Positions 1-9,911 of a stretch of DNA of 64,000 nt are shown here, piece by piece (the stretch's first letter is position 1; each line of letters begins with the position of its first letter). Location of the stretch: assembly GCA_029548865.1 (NCBI GenBank), contig JAKPMO010000026.1, positions 1-64,000 of the forward strand, in the 5' to 3' direction. A model generated the notes under the pieces. The model saw only the letters and a program-made list of their open reading frames with translations, was not told the origin of the DNA and did no database searches. A program made the position numbers and the translations under genes. This DNA comes from Caldisericota bacterium (GTDB taxonomy: Bacteria > Caldisericota > Caldisericia > JAAYUI01).

Positions 1-1197
1 GAGGACAAGCCATTCGAGGGAAAGCTCTTTGTTGCCACAGTTCCTGGCGACTGGGAGCCAAAGGACGATGGCCCAAAGGTGGAATTTGCAAAAATGGGCA
101 AGTTCCAGTTCAAGATAACGGCCTCCACGATACCGGTTGGCGTTTCGCTTGCCACCCAGCTCAGGATGGTCGACCTCTGGGATTCCTCGACCGATTTCGA
201 GAATTTCGAGGCCATCAATCCATCTGGCCAGCAATACTGCCGTTTTATAAGCAAAAACACGACCACTGGCACAAAGTACCAGGTTGTGGTTTGGACATGG
301 ACGAATTTCCTTGTGATGATTACTGGCGCAATATCAGATGATCTGCCTCCGGACAGGTTCTTTGAGATTGCAAAGACCGTCAAGATAAAAAAAGTCGCCA
401 CACACGCCTATATCATAAGGCCATGCGAAGTATCTATCCCTGCCTATATGGTGATGGACGACGCCAAGACCGACTGGAAGAAGGGGCGCTACGTTTTCAA
501 GAGCGCCGGAAAAAAGACCGAGACACTTATTTTCCAGGACCAGAAGAAGCTCGCACAAATGATGACAAAAGACAAGGATGATGAAGTGGTCAAGATGGAG
601 AGCGCATTCAAGGGCATCGTGATGAACGAGAACACTAGCGAGAAGAACCCAACATTCTACCAGGTCATCAACTATGGCGAAAATGCTGTCCACAAGCTGA
701 TATTCCAGTCGTTCAAAGAACCATTTATCATATACTACACCACCTACAAGGACAACGAAAAGATCCAGGACGTCATAAAACTCCTGCAAAATGGCACCTA
801 TGACCTCAACATCGCAACAAACAACCTTGATGAATCAATCAATTTTACTGTCCCAGATGGATACTTTGTCGACAAGACCGAGAGGAATTCAATGGTCATC
901 TGGCCAGATGACGGGAAGCTGACGGAACCAATAAGGTTCGGGATGCTCTACTCTTCAGGAAAGAATCTAAAAACTGTCTCTGGCGAAATCGCAAAAGCGC
1001 TGGATTTCAAGGGAAAACAGGAAGACATAAAAATAGGTAAGCACGAGTGCGTGATGGCGTCCCAAGGTGACAAAACCAGCAAGGACAAACTGCTTGTTTT
1101 TCTGGTTGGAGACAGGTCTTACCAGGCAATTTTCACATCCGACAAGGGTGTTCCAAAACAGCTTTCTGACTTTATTGCATCAGTTTCTGCAAGATAG
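1..1197 (+). CDS. Hypothetical protein, 5'-partial; possibly an exported protein with repeated PsbP-like modules
   Basis: Frame 1 is open from base 1 (EDKPFEGKLFVATVPGDW...). Recurring motif TVPGDW / SIPAYM / TVPDGY. Confidence 0.6.
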   Translation, partial: EDKPFEGKLFVATVPGDWEPKDDGPKVEFAKMGKFQFKITASTIPVGVSLATQLRMVDLWDSSTDFENFEAINPSGQQYCRFISKNTTTGTKYQVVVWTWTNFLVMITGAISDDLPPDRFFEIAKTVKIKKVATHAYIIRPCEVSIPAYMVMDDAKTDWKKGRYVFKSAGKKTETLIFQDQKKLAQMMTKDKDDEVVKMESAFKGIVMNENTSEKNPTFYQVINYGENAVHKLIFQSFKEPFIIYYTTYKDNEKIQDVIKLLQNGTYDLNIATNNLDESINFTVPDGYFVDKTERNSMVIWPDDGKLTEPIRFGMLYSSGKNLKTVSGEIAKALDFKGKQEDIKIGKHECVMASQGDKTSKDKLLVFLVGDRSYQAIFTSDKGVPKQLSDFIASVSAR

Positions 1198-1205
1198 GCA
1201 AGATA

Positions 1206-1625
1206 ATGGATGAGAAAGAGGCCTTCAGGATTGGTTCGGAGCTTGTAAAGGGCTCCAGGTTTGCCCTTCTTTCAACGATTGGCGATGATGAACATCCATG
1301 GACAAAAATGATGTTTAATATTGCTCCTGAAGGCTTGAAGAAAATCTATTTTAGCACAAACACTTCCTCGCGAAGAGTCTCGCACATTCTCAGGAACGGT
1401 CGTGCCAGCGTTTATTTCTTTGACCAGGAAAGATTTGTTGGTCTTCTCCTTATTGGCACTGCCAGAGTTTTGCAGGATGAGGAATCAAGAAAACGTTTTT
1501 GGGTCGATGGTTTTGAGAGGTATTACAGGCTGGGGGTAAATGATCCGGATTATTCCGTGATTGAGTTTGTTGCCTCAAAGGCAAACCTCTATTGCAGCCT
1601 CAGCAAGACCGATTTCTTGGTATAA
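1206..1625 (+). CDS. Pyridoxamine 5'-phosphate oxidase-like FMN-binding protein (general stress protein 26 family)
   Basis: 139 aa; LSTIG..HP, IYFST...SRRV, ASVYF, W.DGFERYY..GVNDPDY pattern. Confidence 0.8.
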   Translation: MDEKEAFRIGSELVKGSRFALLSTIGDDEHPWTKMMFNIAPEGLKKIYFSTNTSSRRVSHILRNGRASVYFFDQERFVGLLLIGTARVLQDEESRKRFWVDGFERYYRLGVNDPDYSVIEFVASKANLYCSLSKTDFLV

Positions 1626-1732
1626 AAATTTTCATCGAGAATGTTTTAACTGATTCTGATATTTTTCATCTCTGGACCAATCTGTATGGCATTGAATAGA
1701 TAAGCAATAAGCGTGATGTGCTGTGGGGCAAA

Positions 1733-3160
1733 ATGATAGACACAATAAATAATATTTTGTATGGGCTAAGAGCTGATTATGCGTTGTCTTTTTTGAATCT
1801 CATGCGTGATGACATACCAATCGATATTATTGAGCAAAGTAAGAGATATTACAGCCTATTTACCAATGAAAAATATGTTAGGTGGTTGGAAAATGAGTTC
1901 AATGCAACTACAAATCCAACATTAAAACGTGAATGTAGAATTTTGCTGAATCAATTTCAACTTGGGAAAATAGAGCATAATCCTGAGATGTCTGTTTTAC
2001 TCGATAGATATGAGGTGCAATCGGCAAAAAGAATAAAATTGAGATCCATTATTGCAACTTCATCAAATTCTAAAGATTTTCATGAGGTTCATGATAAAGA
2101 ATGCGAATTGGCAATGGATATAGCCAATATTGCCGAATCAATTATAGAAATAAGAATGAAAATGGCCAAAGAAGCTGGTTTCAATAACTACAGCGAGATG
2201 TATCACACTCTAAACCAGAGCGATTACAAAAAATGGGAGCCATTTTTTAGCTGGGCACTTAAAATGTCAAAAGAGGATGCTAAGAAACGTAACGAAAAAG
2301 TTTTTAGCATCACGGGCATTGAAAATCCATGGCAGGCTTTAAACAAGATGCAAGATATGTTGTCCTCAAAACTTGATCACATCTCGCCAATTAGCACGCT
2401 TGCCCAGACATCCAGATTCCTGGGTTTAGAAGAATACTTTAATAAAGTTAGAGTAATTAATGATCCGAGTTCTGCCTGGCTAAATATTGTGCCTTTAAAT
2501 CCACCAAGTGAAATTGTGATATTTATGGGCAACATTTCCAAATTTGATTCTATAGGTGCCTTATATCATGAGTTTGGTCATGCTCTTTCGTATATGGTTC
2601 CTCCACAGAATTATGCTTTTGACTACGATCCTTATCTTGTAGAGTCTGTGTCGTGCATCATGGACAGATTTTCGAATAGTGAGCATTGGTACAACAAGTA
2701 TTTGCCAATTGAAGCACAAGAAAGAGAGTTGTTTGATCTCTCAAGTACGAACAATATGCCAGATGTTGTGTTGGATGCTTCTCTAAGCTCGCTTGTTTCA
2801 TACAAGATTTATAGTGGTATAAGATGGGATCAGGCCAATATGCAAGTACGCAAGGAATATGGTTTTGCATGTGATGATAAACCTGATCCAGGTGTATTCC
2901 TCTCCCATGAGATGGTTGTTCCTTTTTTCAAGCTTAATTACATAATAGGTTTGATATTTGCCAAAGTTGTATATCATGCGGCAGAAGTAAAATATGGTGA
3001 TCCTTACAACAAAGAATTTGGAGAACTAATACTCGAAAAGTTTTTAAAACCGGGCAACTCCATTGCCCCAAGAAATCGCATCTGGGCTTTGTTGGAATCA
3101 CTTTCATTCAATGGCAATCTGCCTGGAGAATTTGTAGAGCTTGTAGATTCGCTTATATAG
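1733..3160 (+). CDS. Gluzincin metallopeptidase (M3/oligoendopeptidase-like), AT-rich
   Basis: HEFGH zinc motif with downstream ES; AKEAGFNNYSE resembles the M3 A..lGf.ny segment. Confidence 0.65.
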   Translation: MIDTINNILYGLRADYALSFLNLMRDDIPIDIIEQSKRYYSLFTNEKYVRWLENEFNATTNPTLKRECRILLNQFQLGKIEHNPEMSVLLDRYEVQSAKRIKLRSIIATSSNSKDFHEVHDKECELAMDIANIAESIIEIRMKMAKEAGFNNYSEMYHTLNQSDYKKWEPFFSWALKMSKEDAKKRNEKVFSITGIENPWQALNKMQDMLSSKLDHISPISTLAQTSRFLGLEEYFNKVRVINDPSSAWLNIVPLNPPSEIVIFMGNISKFDSIGALYHEFGHALSYMVPPQNYAFDYDPYLVESVSCIMDRFSNSEHWYNKYLPIEAQERELFDLSSTNNMPDVVLDASLSSLVSYKIYSGIRWDQANMQVRKEYGFACDDKPDPGVFLSHEMVVPFFKLNYIIGLIFAKVVYHAAEVKYGDPYNKEFGELILEKFLKPGNSIAPRNRIWALLESLSFNGNLPGEFVELVDSLI

Positions 3161-3217
3161 AAGAGCGCAATATCTTATAAAAACAGCTTTCGGGTAATGT
3201 ACCTCGCTATTTGGGTG

Positions 3218-4108
3218 TTAGATATATCCAAGTATCATCAGGATGCCGACAAAGGTTGTGAGTATTATCGCTTGTGTCATTGCCACCACATACCTGCCCT
3301 GGATCTGGTATTTGCTTGTTGCCACAATAATGCTTGCCGCCAGGGGCAGCATTATCAGTGCGATAAGCGTCCAAACTGGTAAAAGATTGATGATGACACC
3401 AAACCCAAGGACAGTAAACGCCAAAAACTCGAATATTGCAAGCATGACAACAGAGTTTTTCTGGCCAAGCCTGACTGCCATCGTGATTTTTTCATGCTGC
3501 GTGTCTGACGGTACATCAAAAATATTGCTTATGAAGCCGATGTTCATGGTCAACAGTCCCAGCGGAATGCTCGCCACAAGGGCCTCATAGGAAAATGTTC
3601 CTGTCATTGCAACATAAACACCCAGTGTCACAAGCGGACCAAATGCAAAGAAGAGGGCGGTCTCACCGAATCCCCTAAAATTCAGAGATATTGGCGGGGC
3701 AGTATAGAAAACAGCTATTATGCCACCTGCAATTGCCATATATACAACTGGCAGACCGATGGTAAAGAGAAAGTAAGCACCACAAGCCAGCGCTACAATT
3801 GCACAGCCAATGCCGGCCGCAAGCACCTGGCCAGGGGTCACTTTTCCATCAATCAGCGGGCTGTCATGGAATTGTTCATCCTTGTGGCCCAGAACACCTT
3901 TCTTGAAATCATAGTAGTCATCAAAAAAATCACCTGCGGAGTGGGCCATGACGACACCAACGGTGGCCAGCACGAATGGGAGCCATGAAAACAGGCCATG
4001 CGACCTTGCTATCATCCCTGCCAGGATGGATGGTATAAGGCTGGTAATAAGGAACGGTGCTCTTGCGGCTTTAAACCACAATACAAACCAGTTGGCAAAT
4101 TTTTTCAT
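3218..4108 (-). CDS. menA: UbiA-family prenyltransferase, 1,4-dihydroxy-2-naphthoate polyprenyltransferase-like
   Basis: ARAPFL N-terminus, DDYYDF.KG.D, FYTAPP...GFGE, NIFD..SD....KITMAVRLG; multiple TM helices. Confidence 0.8.
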   Translation of the reverse strand: MKKFANWFVLWFKAARAPFLITSLIPSILAGMIARSHGLFSWLPFVLATVGVVMAHSAGDFFDDYYDFKKGVLGHKDEQFHDSPLIDGKVTPGQVLAAGIGCAIVALACGAYFLFTIGLPVVYMAIAGGIIAVFYTAPPISLNFRGFGETALFFAFGPLVTLGVYVAMTGTFSYEALVASIPLGLLTMNIGFISNIFDVPSDTQHEKITMAVRLGQKNSVVMLAIFEFLAFTVLGFGVIINLLPVWTLIALIMLPLAASIIVATSKYQIQGRYVVAMTQAIILTTFVGILMILGYI

Positions 4109-4120
4109 GCGTTCCCTCTC

Positions 4121-5008
4121 CTAGATCAAGTATCCTGCTGACATTAGCAATCCTCCACAAACAAGCACAAATATTGTTTTGATCGTGGAGTTGAGGTATG
4201 AAACGATTGTGTTTGATGGTTTGCCCAGGTCCATGACAACGTTGATTGAGAGTGGCAATGTCAGAAGGGCAAGCAGGGACCATACTGGGATATACGCAAA
4301 TGCGACACCAAGCCCCAATGACACATACGACAGCAGAAGTAATGCAGTAATTATATTTCTGCTGACTGTCAGCGACACCGTTCCAGCCCTCTCGTCGATC
4401 TTCTTGATTTTCCCCGATTTCAGGTGTGCGACTGCTGTTACCCATAAGGCTACTGGTATTGATGCAATGAGAGTTTCCCAGGAAAATTTGCCCGTAAGCA
4501 CAAAAATCATACCAGTCATTGCCAGTGGGCCAAAAGCCAGGAAAACAACAACTTCCTTTAGTCCGTAAAACATAAGAGGCGTGAAAAGCAGGACAATCAG
4601 TCCTCCAGATGCAACAAAGATTGCAAGTGCCAATCCTGCCTTGAATATGAAATACAGGCCTATCAGGAGATCAACGAACAATATCCCTAAGCCGGCATAA
4701 AGATTTTGCTTGCCCTTGATCAGTGTTTCGGCAAAATATGGCTTCCACCCGGCAAAGAGTTTTGTGTGAGTGTCTTTCGCGTTGGTGTGGTAGTTTGTGA
4801 AATAGTAGTAAAGATAGTCTCCTGAAAGCTGCCCGAGGACAACTCCAAAAAACATGATGGCGTAATTGGTAGGATGGAATGAACCAAGCCTGTATGCTAT
4901 TGCGCCTGCAAGCAGTGACGAGATGACTGATGCCGAGAAAAGCAATGCTTTGATTGTTGAAATTGCCTTGGCCCTTTTGGGGTCAATCTTTGTGCTTTTT
5001 TTCTTCAT
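4121..5008 (-). CDS. MenA-like prenyltransferase paralog with degenerate Asp-rich motifs
   Basis: Same TM layout and GLKE....AFGPL / SIPV motifs as its neighbour, but GDYLYYY and AHLKSG replace the acidic motifs. Start taken at ATG 5008. Confidence 0.7.
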   Translation of the reverse strand: MKKKSTKIDPKRAKAISTIKALLFSASVISSLLAGAIAYRLGSFHPTNYAIMFFGVVLGQLSGDYLYYYFTNYHTNAKDTHTKLFAGWKPYFAETLIKGKQNLYAGLGILFVDLLIGLYFIFKAGLALAIFVASGGLIVLLFTPLMFYGLKEVVVFLAFGPLAMTGMIFVLTGKFSWETLIASIPVALWVTAVAHLKSGKIKKIDERAGTVSLTVSRNIITALLLLSYVSLGLGVAFAYIPVWSLLALLTLPLSINVVMDLGKPSNTIVSYLNSTIKTIFVLVCGGLLMSAGYLI

Positions 5009-5276
5009 TATTGTGTCTTGTCCTGGTGAGTGATTTTTTATCATTGTACTGGAAAGACCATTAAGGTTGAACATTTGATTTTATAGTTGATCGCAAGGAT
5101 TTTTTGCCGAAGACTGTGTCTTTGAACCAATCTAATGATTTGGTTTGTAGTTCCATTGGGGGCTGACTCGCCATCCTAGGGCAACGACACAGATTTTGAA
5201 AACCCGATCATTCTTTTTGGCTCAAACTTTGTCAATATGATATTTGCCTGCACCCCAATGAAGAAGGGGGTTGATA

Positions 5277-5579
5277 TTGGAAGAAAACGGGAACCTTGAG
5301 GAGAGGATAGAGGGTAAGCTGGATGCAATCTGGGACAAATTGTCTGGGCTGTCAGTTTTGTGTGAGAGGGCGCTTGTGAGTCTTGAATGGCTCGACAAGA
5401 GGACTTCAAAATTGGAGGTGGACACTCATGATCCGTCAAAATGCCCGGTGCAGACTGGAATCGAGGGAGTCAAAAGGGACCAGGCATCACTTTCCAGAAC
5501 AGTTGGCTGGATCATGGGGCTCATAGCCACGGTGATTACAGGGACAGCAGTTTATTTTGTAACGCAACTGGTTCGATAG
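5277..5579 (+). CDS. Small coiled-coil protein with C-terminal TM helix (phage lysis-cassette / XhlA-like)
   Basis: SD GAAGGGGG before TTG 5277; heptad N-terminus and hydrophobic C-terminus WIMGLIATVITGTAVYFV. Confidence 0.55.
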   Translation: MEENGNLEERIEGKLDAIWDKLSGLSVLCERALVSLEWLDKRTSKLEVDTHDPSKCPVQTGIEGVKRDQASLSRTVGWIMGLIATVITGTAVYFVTQLVR

Positions 5580-5588
5580 GAGGGGAAC

Positions 5589-5954
5589 ATGGAGACAGTC
5601 TGGGAGATTTTGGGGAATGAGGCAGTGGTAACAACGCTGGTGGCTATTTTGTGCACCGTCCTTGGCTGGGTTGCAGTCAAGCTGAGGCTCTATCTCATGT
5701 CAAAGCTCGGAAAAGAGAAACTCGACAGGGCACTCGAAATGGCCGAGATAGTTGCAACAGGTGTTGAGCAGATGGCTGAAAGACTTGGATGGAGCTCAAA
5801 GGAAAAGTTTGACGAGGCGCAGCAAAAATTGAAGGGCTGGGCTAAATCTTGCGGGATCAGCTTTACAGATGCCCAGTGGGAATCGATCATAGAGAAGACA
5901 GTCCTGGAGCTTTCAGGTGTCTGGAAGCAGCTCAAGAGTGGAAGCACTCCGTAA
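5589..5954 (+). CDS. Phage holin-like protein (LL-H family-like)
   Basis: SD AGGAGG; single N-terminal TM, then AEIVATGVEQM, EKFDEA, IIEKTVLE typical of LL-H holins. Confidence 0.7.
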   Translation: METVWEILGNEAVVTTLVAILCTVLGWVAVKLRLYLMSKLGKEKLDRALEMAEIVATGVEQMAERLGWSSKEKFDEAQQKLKGWAKSCGISFTDAQWESIIEKTVLELSGVWKQLKSGSTP

Positions 5955-5976
5955 ATTAATAAAAGCTCAATAACAA

Positions 5977-6004
5977 AAAAAGGCGGCATGCATGCCGCCT
6001 TTTT
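5977..6004. terminator. Intrinsic (bidirectional) terminator, perfect 28-bp palindrome
   Basis: AAAAAGGCGGCATGCATGCCGCCTTTTT. Confidence 0.8.
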
Positions 6005-6049
6005 GATGATTTCTGGACAATGCCCCACAAACGGTTATCCTTGGTATTG

Positions 6050-9000
6050 ATGAGAAAATATGGGAGAAGTTTTGCCGTTGTAATGTTGGTTGCATTTTTG
6101 ATGACACCTTTGTTTAGTATATCAGAAATTCGTTGTCCTGATGAAATTTCTGCTGCACCTGCCAGTTTTTGGGCAATCGATGGAGGAGATCCCGGAAGGA
6201 CCGGATCAGCAAATGCTTCTTGTGGTCCATCTACAACTTCACTTGGTCAACTCTGGCAGGGAGTCAATGATAAAGCCTTCTTTTCTATTATATCAGATTC
6301 AAAGACGCTTTATACGGTATCAAGAGATCCCGATATTGGCGGATACTATGAGCTGAGATGCTATGATTATGCAACAGGAGGTTATCTTTGGGGGCAGGGT
6401 CCAAAAGCATACATATCAAGACCATGCCTGTCTGGAAGGATGCTCTATTTCATTTCCTATGATATTTCCTATACAAGCAGCCTCACCTGCTTCGACACTG
6501 TCAAAAGGAAACCAGTCTGGGAATTTACCATTGAAGACCAGGTAGAATCAGATCCACTGTGTGTTGGTGGAAAAGTTATTTTCGTTTATGGGCAAACCGT
6601 GCTGGCCCTAGATGCTGCAACTGGTAAGAAAAAATTCTCATGTGATCTTGATTATTCGCCATTGCCAAGGCTTGCTTCAAATGGAAACGCTGTTTTTGCT
6701 GCAATGCCTGATGGTTCCGTAAATTCGATTGACCTTTCGACAGGAGAAATACTCTGGACTGCAAATGGGGCACTTGGCGAGATTTCAGAAGAAGACAAAA
6801 TGGCCATATCTGCTTTGCAGGACACAGTTTTTGTTTCCCGCTCCGGAGATGATTCCCTGATCGTTGCGCTTGACTCCAAGAATGGTGACAAGAAATGGGA
6901 GAAAAAATTTGAAAAAACCTTCCTTGATTCGTTTGTTCTCTGGCAGGGAAAGGTGATTGCAAACCTCTTTGATGAAAAGGGCCAGGTGCTTTACGCCCTG
7001 TCGCAAACTGATGGTTCAAGATTCTATTTTACAAACATAAGAAATACTGCTCCAAAAGGAGATACACAAATAAGCATTGGTACAATGAGTGTTTTTGGTG
7101 ATTATCTCATAATGCCCACAAGATCGAACGTAGTTTGTGTGATGGGGGCACTTTCTGGCATGGAGCGCTACAAGATCAAAACCCAGGAATTACCGTCTGT
7201 TGTAATTCCAACTCTGGGAAGGATTTACGCTGGCTCTGGAAACAACATAGAATGTTTTGGACAGATGCCGGAAGGCGGGCTCTACATATCTCCAACAAAG
7301 CTGGATTTTGGGGAAGTACCGAAATACCAGGCTGCGCAGGCATCTTTCACCATAAAAAATTGCCTGCCAGAAAAGGTGTCTGTTACGCTTTCACAGGGGT
7401 TTGACTGGGCAACGCTTTCTGTCAAATCCGTAGTTATCGAATCACAAAAAAGGTTTGTTGTTGATATAGTGACTGTCCCCATCAAGCTGGCATCTGCCGG
7501 CCAAAAAAATGGTACTGTGAAAGTCTCATGGAATTCACGATCGGTTGTCGTCAGTGTTGCAGCAAAGGTTGTTGACAAGCCTATTGACAACAACTGGCTT
7601 ATGCCAAGATACAACGAAAAAAAGGTTGGTATCCCACCAAAAGGCACATCGCCCAACACGCCGCATATTTCTGTCATCTGGAGTGCACAATTGCCGAAGG
7701 CATCTGGCTTGTCTCCGTTTGCACCGGTTGTCTACAAGGGAAAGGCCTATATTTTGTATGGCAAGACACTTGCCGGTTTTGACATGGTCAGTGGCAAGAA
7801 AGCGCTCTCGGTTTCACTCCCGTTTACTGCAATAAGTTCCCCGGTTGTCTCCGACAGCAAGCTGTATGTATCTGGTAAATCTTCATCAACAGACCTCTAC
7901 TGTCTCAACTGCGCAAATGGCAAGGTAATCTGGACAGCAAAAGGAAAAGGCTCCCAAACTTCGCACGTTGTCTGTGAAGGTAAATTGTATGGAACTTTCC
8001 AGGGAACGATCTATTGTCTTAATGCCTACGATGGGAAGCAGGTCTGGTCAAAATCTTTTGCAGGTGCTTCTTTCTTTTCTCCATCAATTGGACAGGGGCT
8101 CGTCTACTGCTGGTCTGTTGATCCTAATGGGAAATGGTCCCTGTCTTGCTTTTCGGCAAAAAACGGCAACCTGGTTTGGTCCTATGACTATGTTCAGAAA
8201 CTATCACTTTCCAGACCGCAAAATGGCGAATACTTTGCGCCCGTCATATTTAAAGACATGCTTTACACTGTAATGCCAGAGCGCGAGGGTTCATCTGTGG
8301 CCATTTTTGACGCCAAGACTGGCTCTCTCCTCAGAAACTTCAAATTTACTGGTTCATCAGAGGCCGACACAAAGTTCCCCACCTTTGGCTCGATGCCTTT
8401 TACAGGCTCTGGGAAAATCATTGCCCTGTCTGGCGAGAGACCTACTGTTTTCGGGTTTGATGAAGAAACTGGCGCCCAGGTGTGGAGAAAAAATATTGCC
8501 CAAAAAAGCGACCTGTTGACCCCCATAAATCCTGCTCTTACTGGCAGTGATTTTTCCCAAGGTTATCTTGTCATAGGGTATGCAAGGTCTCTTCAGTGCA
8601 TCAATCCGGCCAATGGAAAAACGATATGGACATTGCCCGTTGGTCTTGACTATTGCTCCAGTCCTGCGATTTCCTCCGGCAAGATCATTGTTTTTGGGAA
8701 TGATGGAAAGTTAATTTGTTTCGGGGAATCGCCTTTTGCAAAAAAGAAGCTTGTGTTTGTCCTGGGGCAAAAATCGTTTAAAAGAGATTCTTTCACATAC
8801 CCAACCGAGCTTGGTGTTGTGAAACTCGATGGTGTCCTGTATGCATATGCCGCAAATATTGTGGAACCCCTGCTTGGGACAGTCTCGTGGGTGCCAAAGG
8901 AAAGCAAACTGACATGCAAGCTTGGCAAAAATACTGTCGAATTCTGGCTTGGCAATACAAAGGCGAAAGTCAATGGAAAACTTGTCCCAATTGACGCAGA

Positions 9001-9127
9001 CCCCAAAATTGTGCCAAAAGCATCGCAGGGAATCATGCACGTTCCGCTTGCCTTCTTGTGCAAATCGCTCAAGGCGGCCATGTCGTTTGATTCAAAAACT
9101 GGCACTGCAACAATCTCTTACCCATAA
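6050..9127 (+). CDS. Secreted protein: two PQQ/BamB-like beta-propellers, an Ig-like linker and a C-terminal copper amine oxidase N-terminal-like (stalk) domain
   Basis: Signal peptide; repeated ALD..TGK..W blades; C-terminal IVEPLLG.VSW...AKVNGK...MHVPL.FL...F D.KT.T.TI. Confidence 0.8.
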   Translation: MRKYGRSFAVVMLVAFLMTPLFSISEIRCPDEISAAPASFWAIDGGDPGRTGSANASCGPSTTSLGQLWQGVNDKAFFSIISDSKTLYTVSRDPDIGGYYELRCYDYATGGYLWGQGPKAYISRPCLSGRMLYFISYDISYTSSLTCFDTVKRKPVWEFTIEDQVESDPLCVGGKVIFVYGQTVLALDAATGKKKFSCDLDYSPLPRLASNGNAVFAAMPDGSVNSIDLSTGEILWTANGALGEISEEDKMAISALQDTVFVSRSGDDSLIVALDSKNGDKKWEKKFEKTFLDSFVLWQGKVIANLFDEKGQVLYALSQTDGSRFYFTNIRNTAPKGDTQISIGTMSVFGDYLIMPTRSNVVCVMGALSGMERYKIKTQELPSVVIPTLGRIYAGSGNNIECFGQMPEGGLYISPTKLDFGEVPKYQAAQASFTIKNCLPEKVSVTLSQGFDWATLSVKSVVIESQKRFVVDIVTVPIKLASAGQKNGTVKVSWNSRSVVVSVAAKVVDKPIDNNWLMPRYNEKKVGIPPKGTSPNTPHISVIWSAQLPKASGLSPFAPVVYKGKAYILYGKTLAGFDMVSGKKALSVSLPFTAISSPVVSDSKLYVSGKSSSTDLYCLNCANGKVIWTAKGKGSQTSHVVCEGKLYGTFQGTIYCLNAYDGKQVWSKSFAGASFFSPSIGQGLVYCWSVDPNGKWSLSCFSAKNGNLVWSYDYVQKLSLSRPQNGEYFAPVIFKDMLYTVMPEREGSSVAIFDAKTGSLLRNFKFTGSSEADTKFPTFGSMPFTGSGKIIALSGERPTVFGFDEETGAQVWRKNIAQKSDLLTPINPALTGSDFSQGYLVIGYARSLQCINPANGKTIWTLPVGLDYCSSPAISSGKIIVFGNDGKLICFGESPFAKKKLVFVLGQKSFKRDSFTYPTELGVVKLDGVLYAYAANIVEPLLGTVSWVPKESKLTCKLGKNTVEFWLGNTKAKVNGKLVPIDADPKIVPKASQGIMHVPLAFLCKSLKAAMSFDSKTGTATISYP

Positions 9128-9143
9128 AAAGTTCTGTCGCAAT

Positions 9144-9174
9144 AAAAAACCCTCCCCTAAAAGGAGGGTTTTTT
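9144..9174. terminator. Bidirectional intrinsic terminator between convergent genes
   Basis: AAAAAACCCTCC-7nt-GGAGGGTTTTTT. Confidence 0.85.
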
Positions 9175-9196
9175 GTTTATTAGGGGATCGCTGAAT

Positions 9197-9757
9197 TTAT
9201 CTATATTTTTCAATAAATTCGTCTATTGCCTTGTAGTATCCAGCCAGGTTTTTTATGCCGGCCAATTTTGTCGTTATCTCTTCGGGGAGATGTTTTATAT
9301 ACTGGATTATCCAGTTGACCTCTTCTATACCGGTGCCTTTGACCATGCCGAGCGTTTCGTTTGCAACAAGAAAACTCTTTGCACCTGAAAGCGTTGCAAT
9401 TGTTGTTTCTTTTTCTATGGCATCCTGCACTTTTCCGATTTTACCCTCATATTCGCCAAAAGCTTTGGCAAGCTCTCTCCTGAAATCCTGACCACCTTTG
9501 TCTTTTAGCGTTTTTTGCAGGTCCTCGTAGAGTGATGATGGTACTTTTGAGTAATCAGCCTTGAGGATTGAGAGTACACCAATACAAGCCTGATCTGGCG
9601 CCATTTTGCCAAATTTGAAATCAACAAGTTCAAGCAACCTTTTTGCCATGTCCAGTCTTACATAGATATCAACATCGTTTGATGTGGCGCTGCCTCCACA
9701 GGAAGCGAAAAAACAAACAGTAATACATACTGCAACCAGCAAAGCTATTTTTTTCAT
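9197..9757 (-). CDS. Hypothetical lipoprotein
   Basis: MKK, hydrophobic stretch, FASC lipobox. Confidence 0.7.
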   Translation of the reverse strand: MKKIALLVAVCITVCFFASCGGSATSNDVDIYVRLDMAKRLLELVDFKFGKMAPDQACIGVLSILKADYSKVPSSLYEDLQKTLKDKGGQDFRRELAKAFGEYEGKIGKVQDAIEKETTIATLSGAKSFLVANETLGMVKGTGIEEVNWIIQYIKHLPEEITTKLAGIKNLAGYYKAIDEFIEKYR

Positions 9758-9911
9758 GATGATTTTATATACAAAAAATGCCCAAGTTCAAACAAAGCAG
9801 AACTTTGACGCTTGACTAAAAGATTTTTTGGGTTTATTAAGGTGTGCTATATTATACGGCCCCCGGCGTTGGGAACAAACGAGGTCGGGGTTTTATATGA
9901 AGGAGGTTCTT

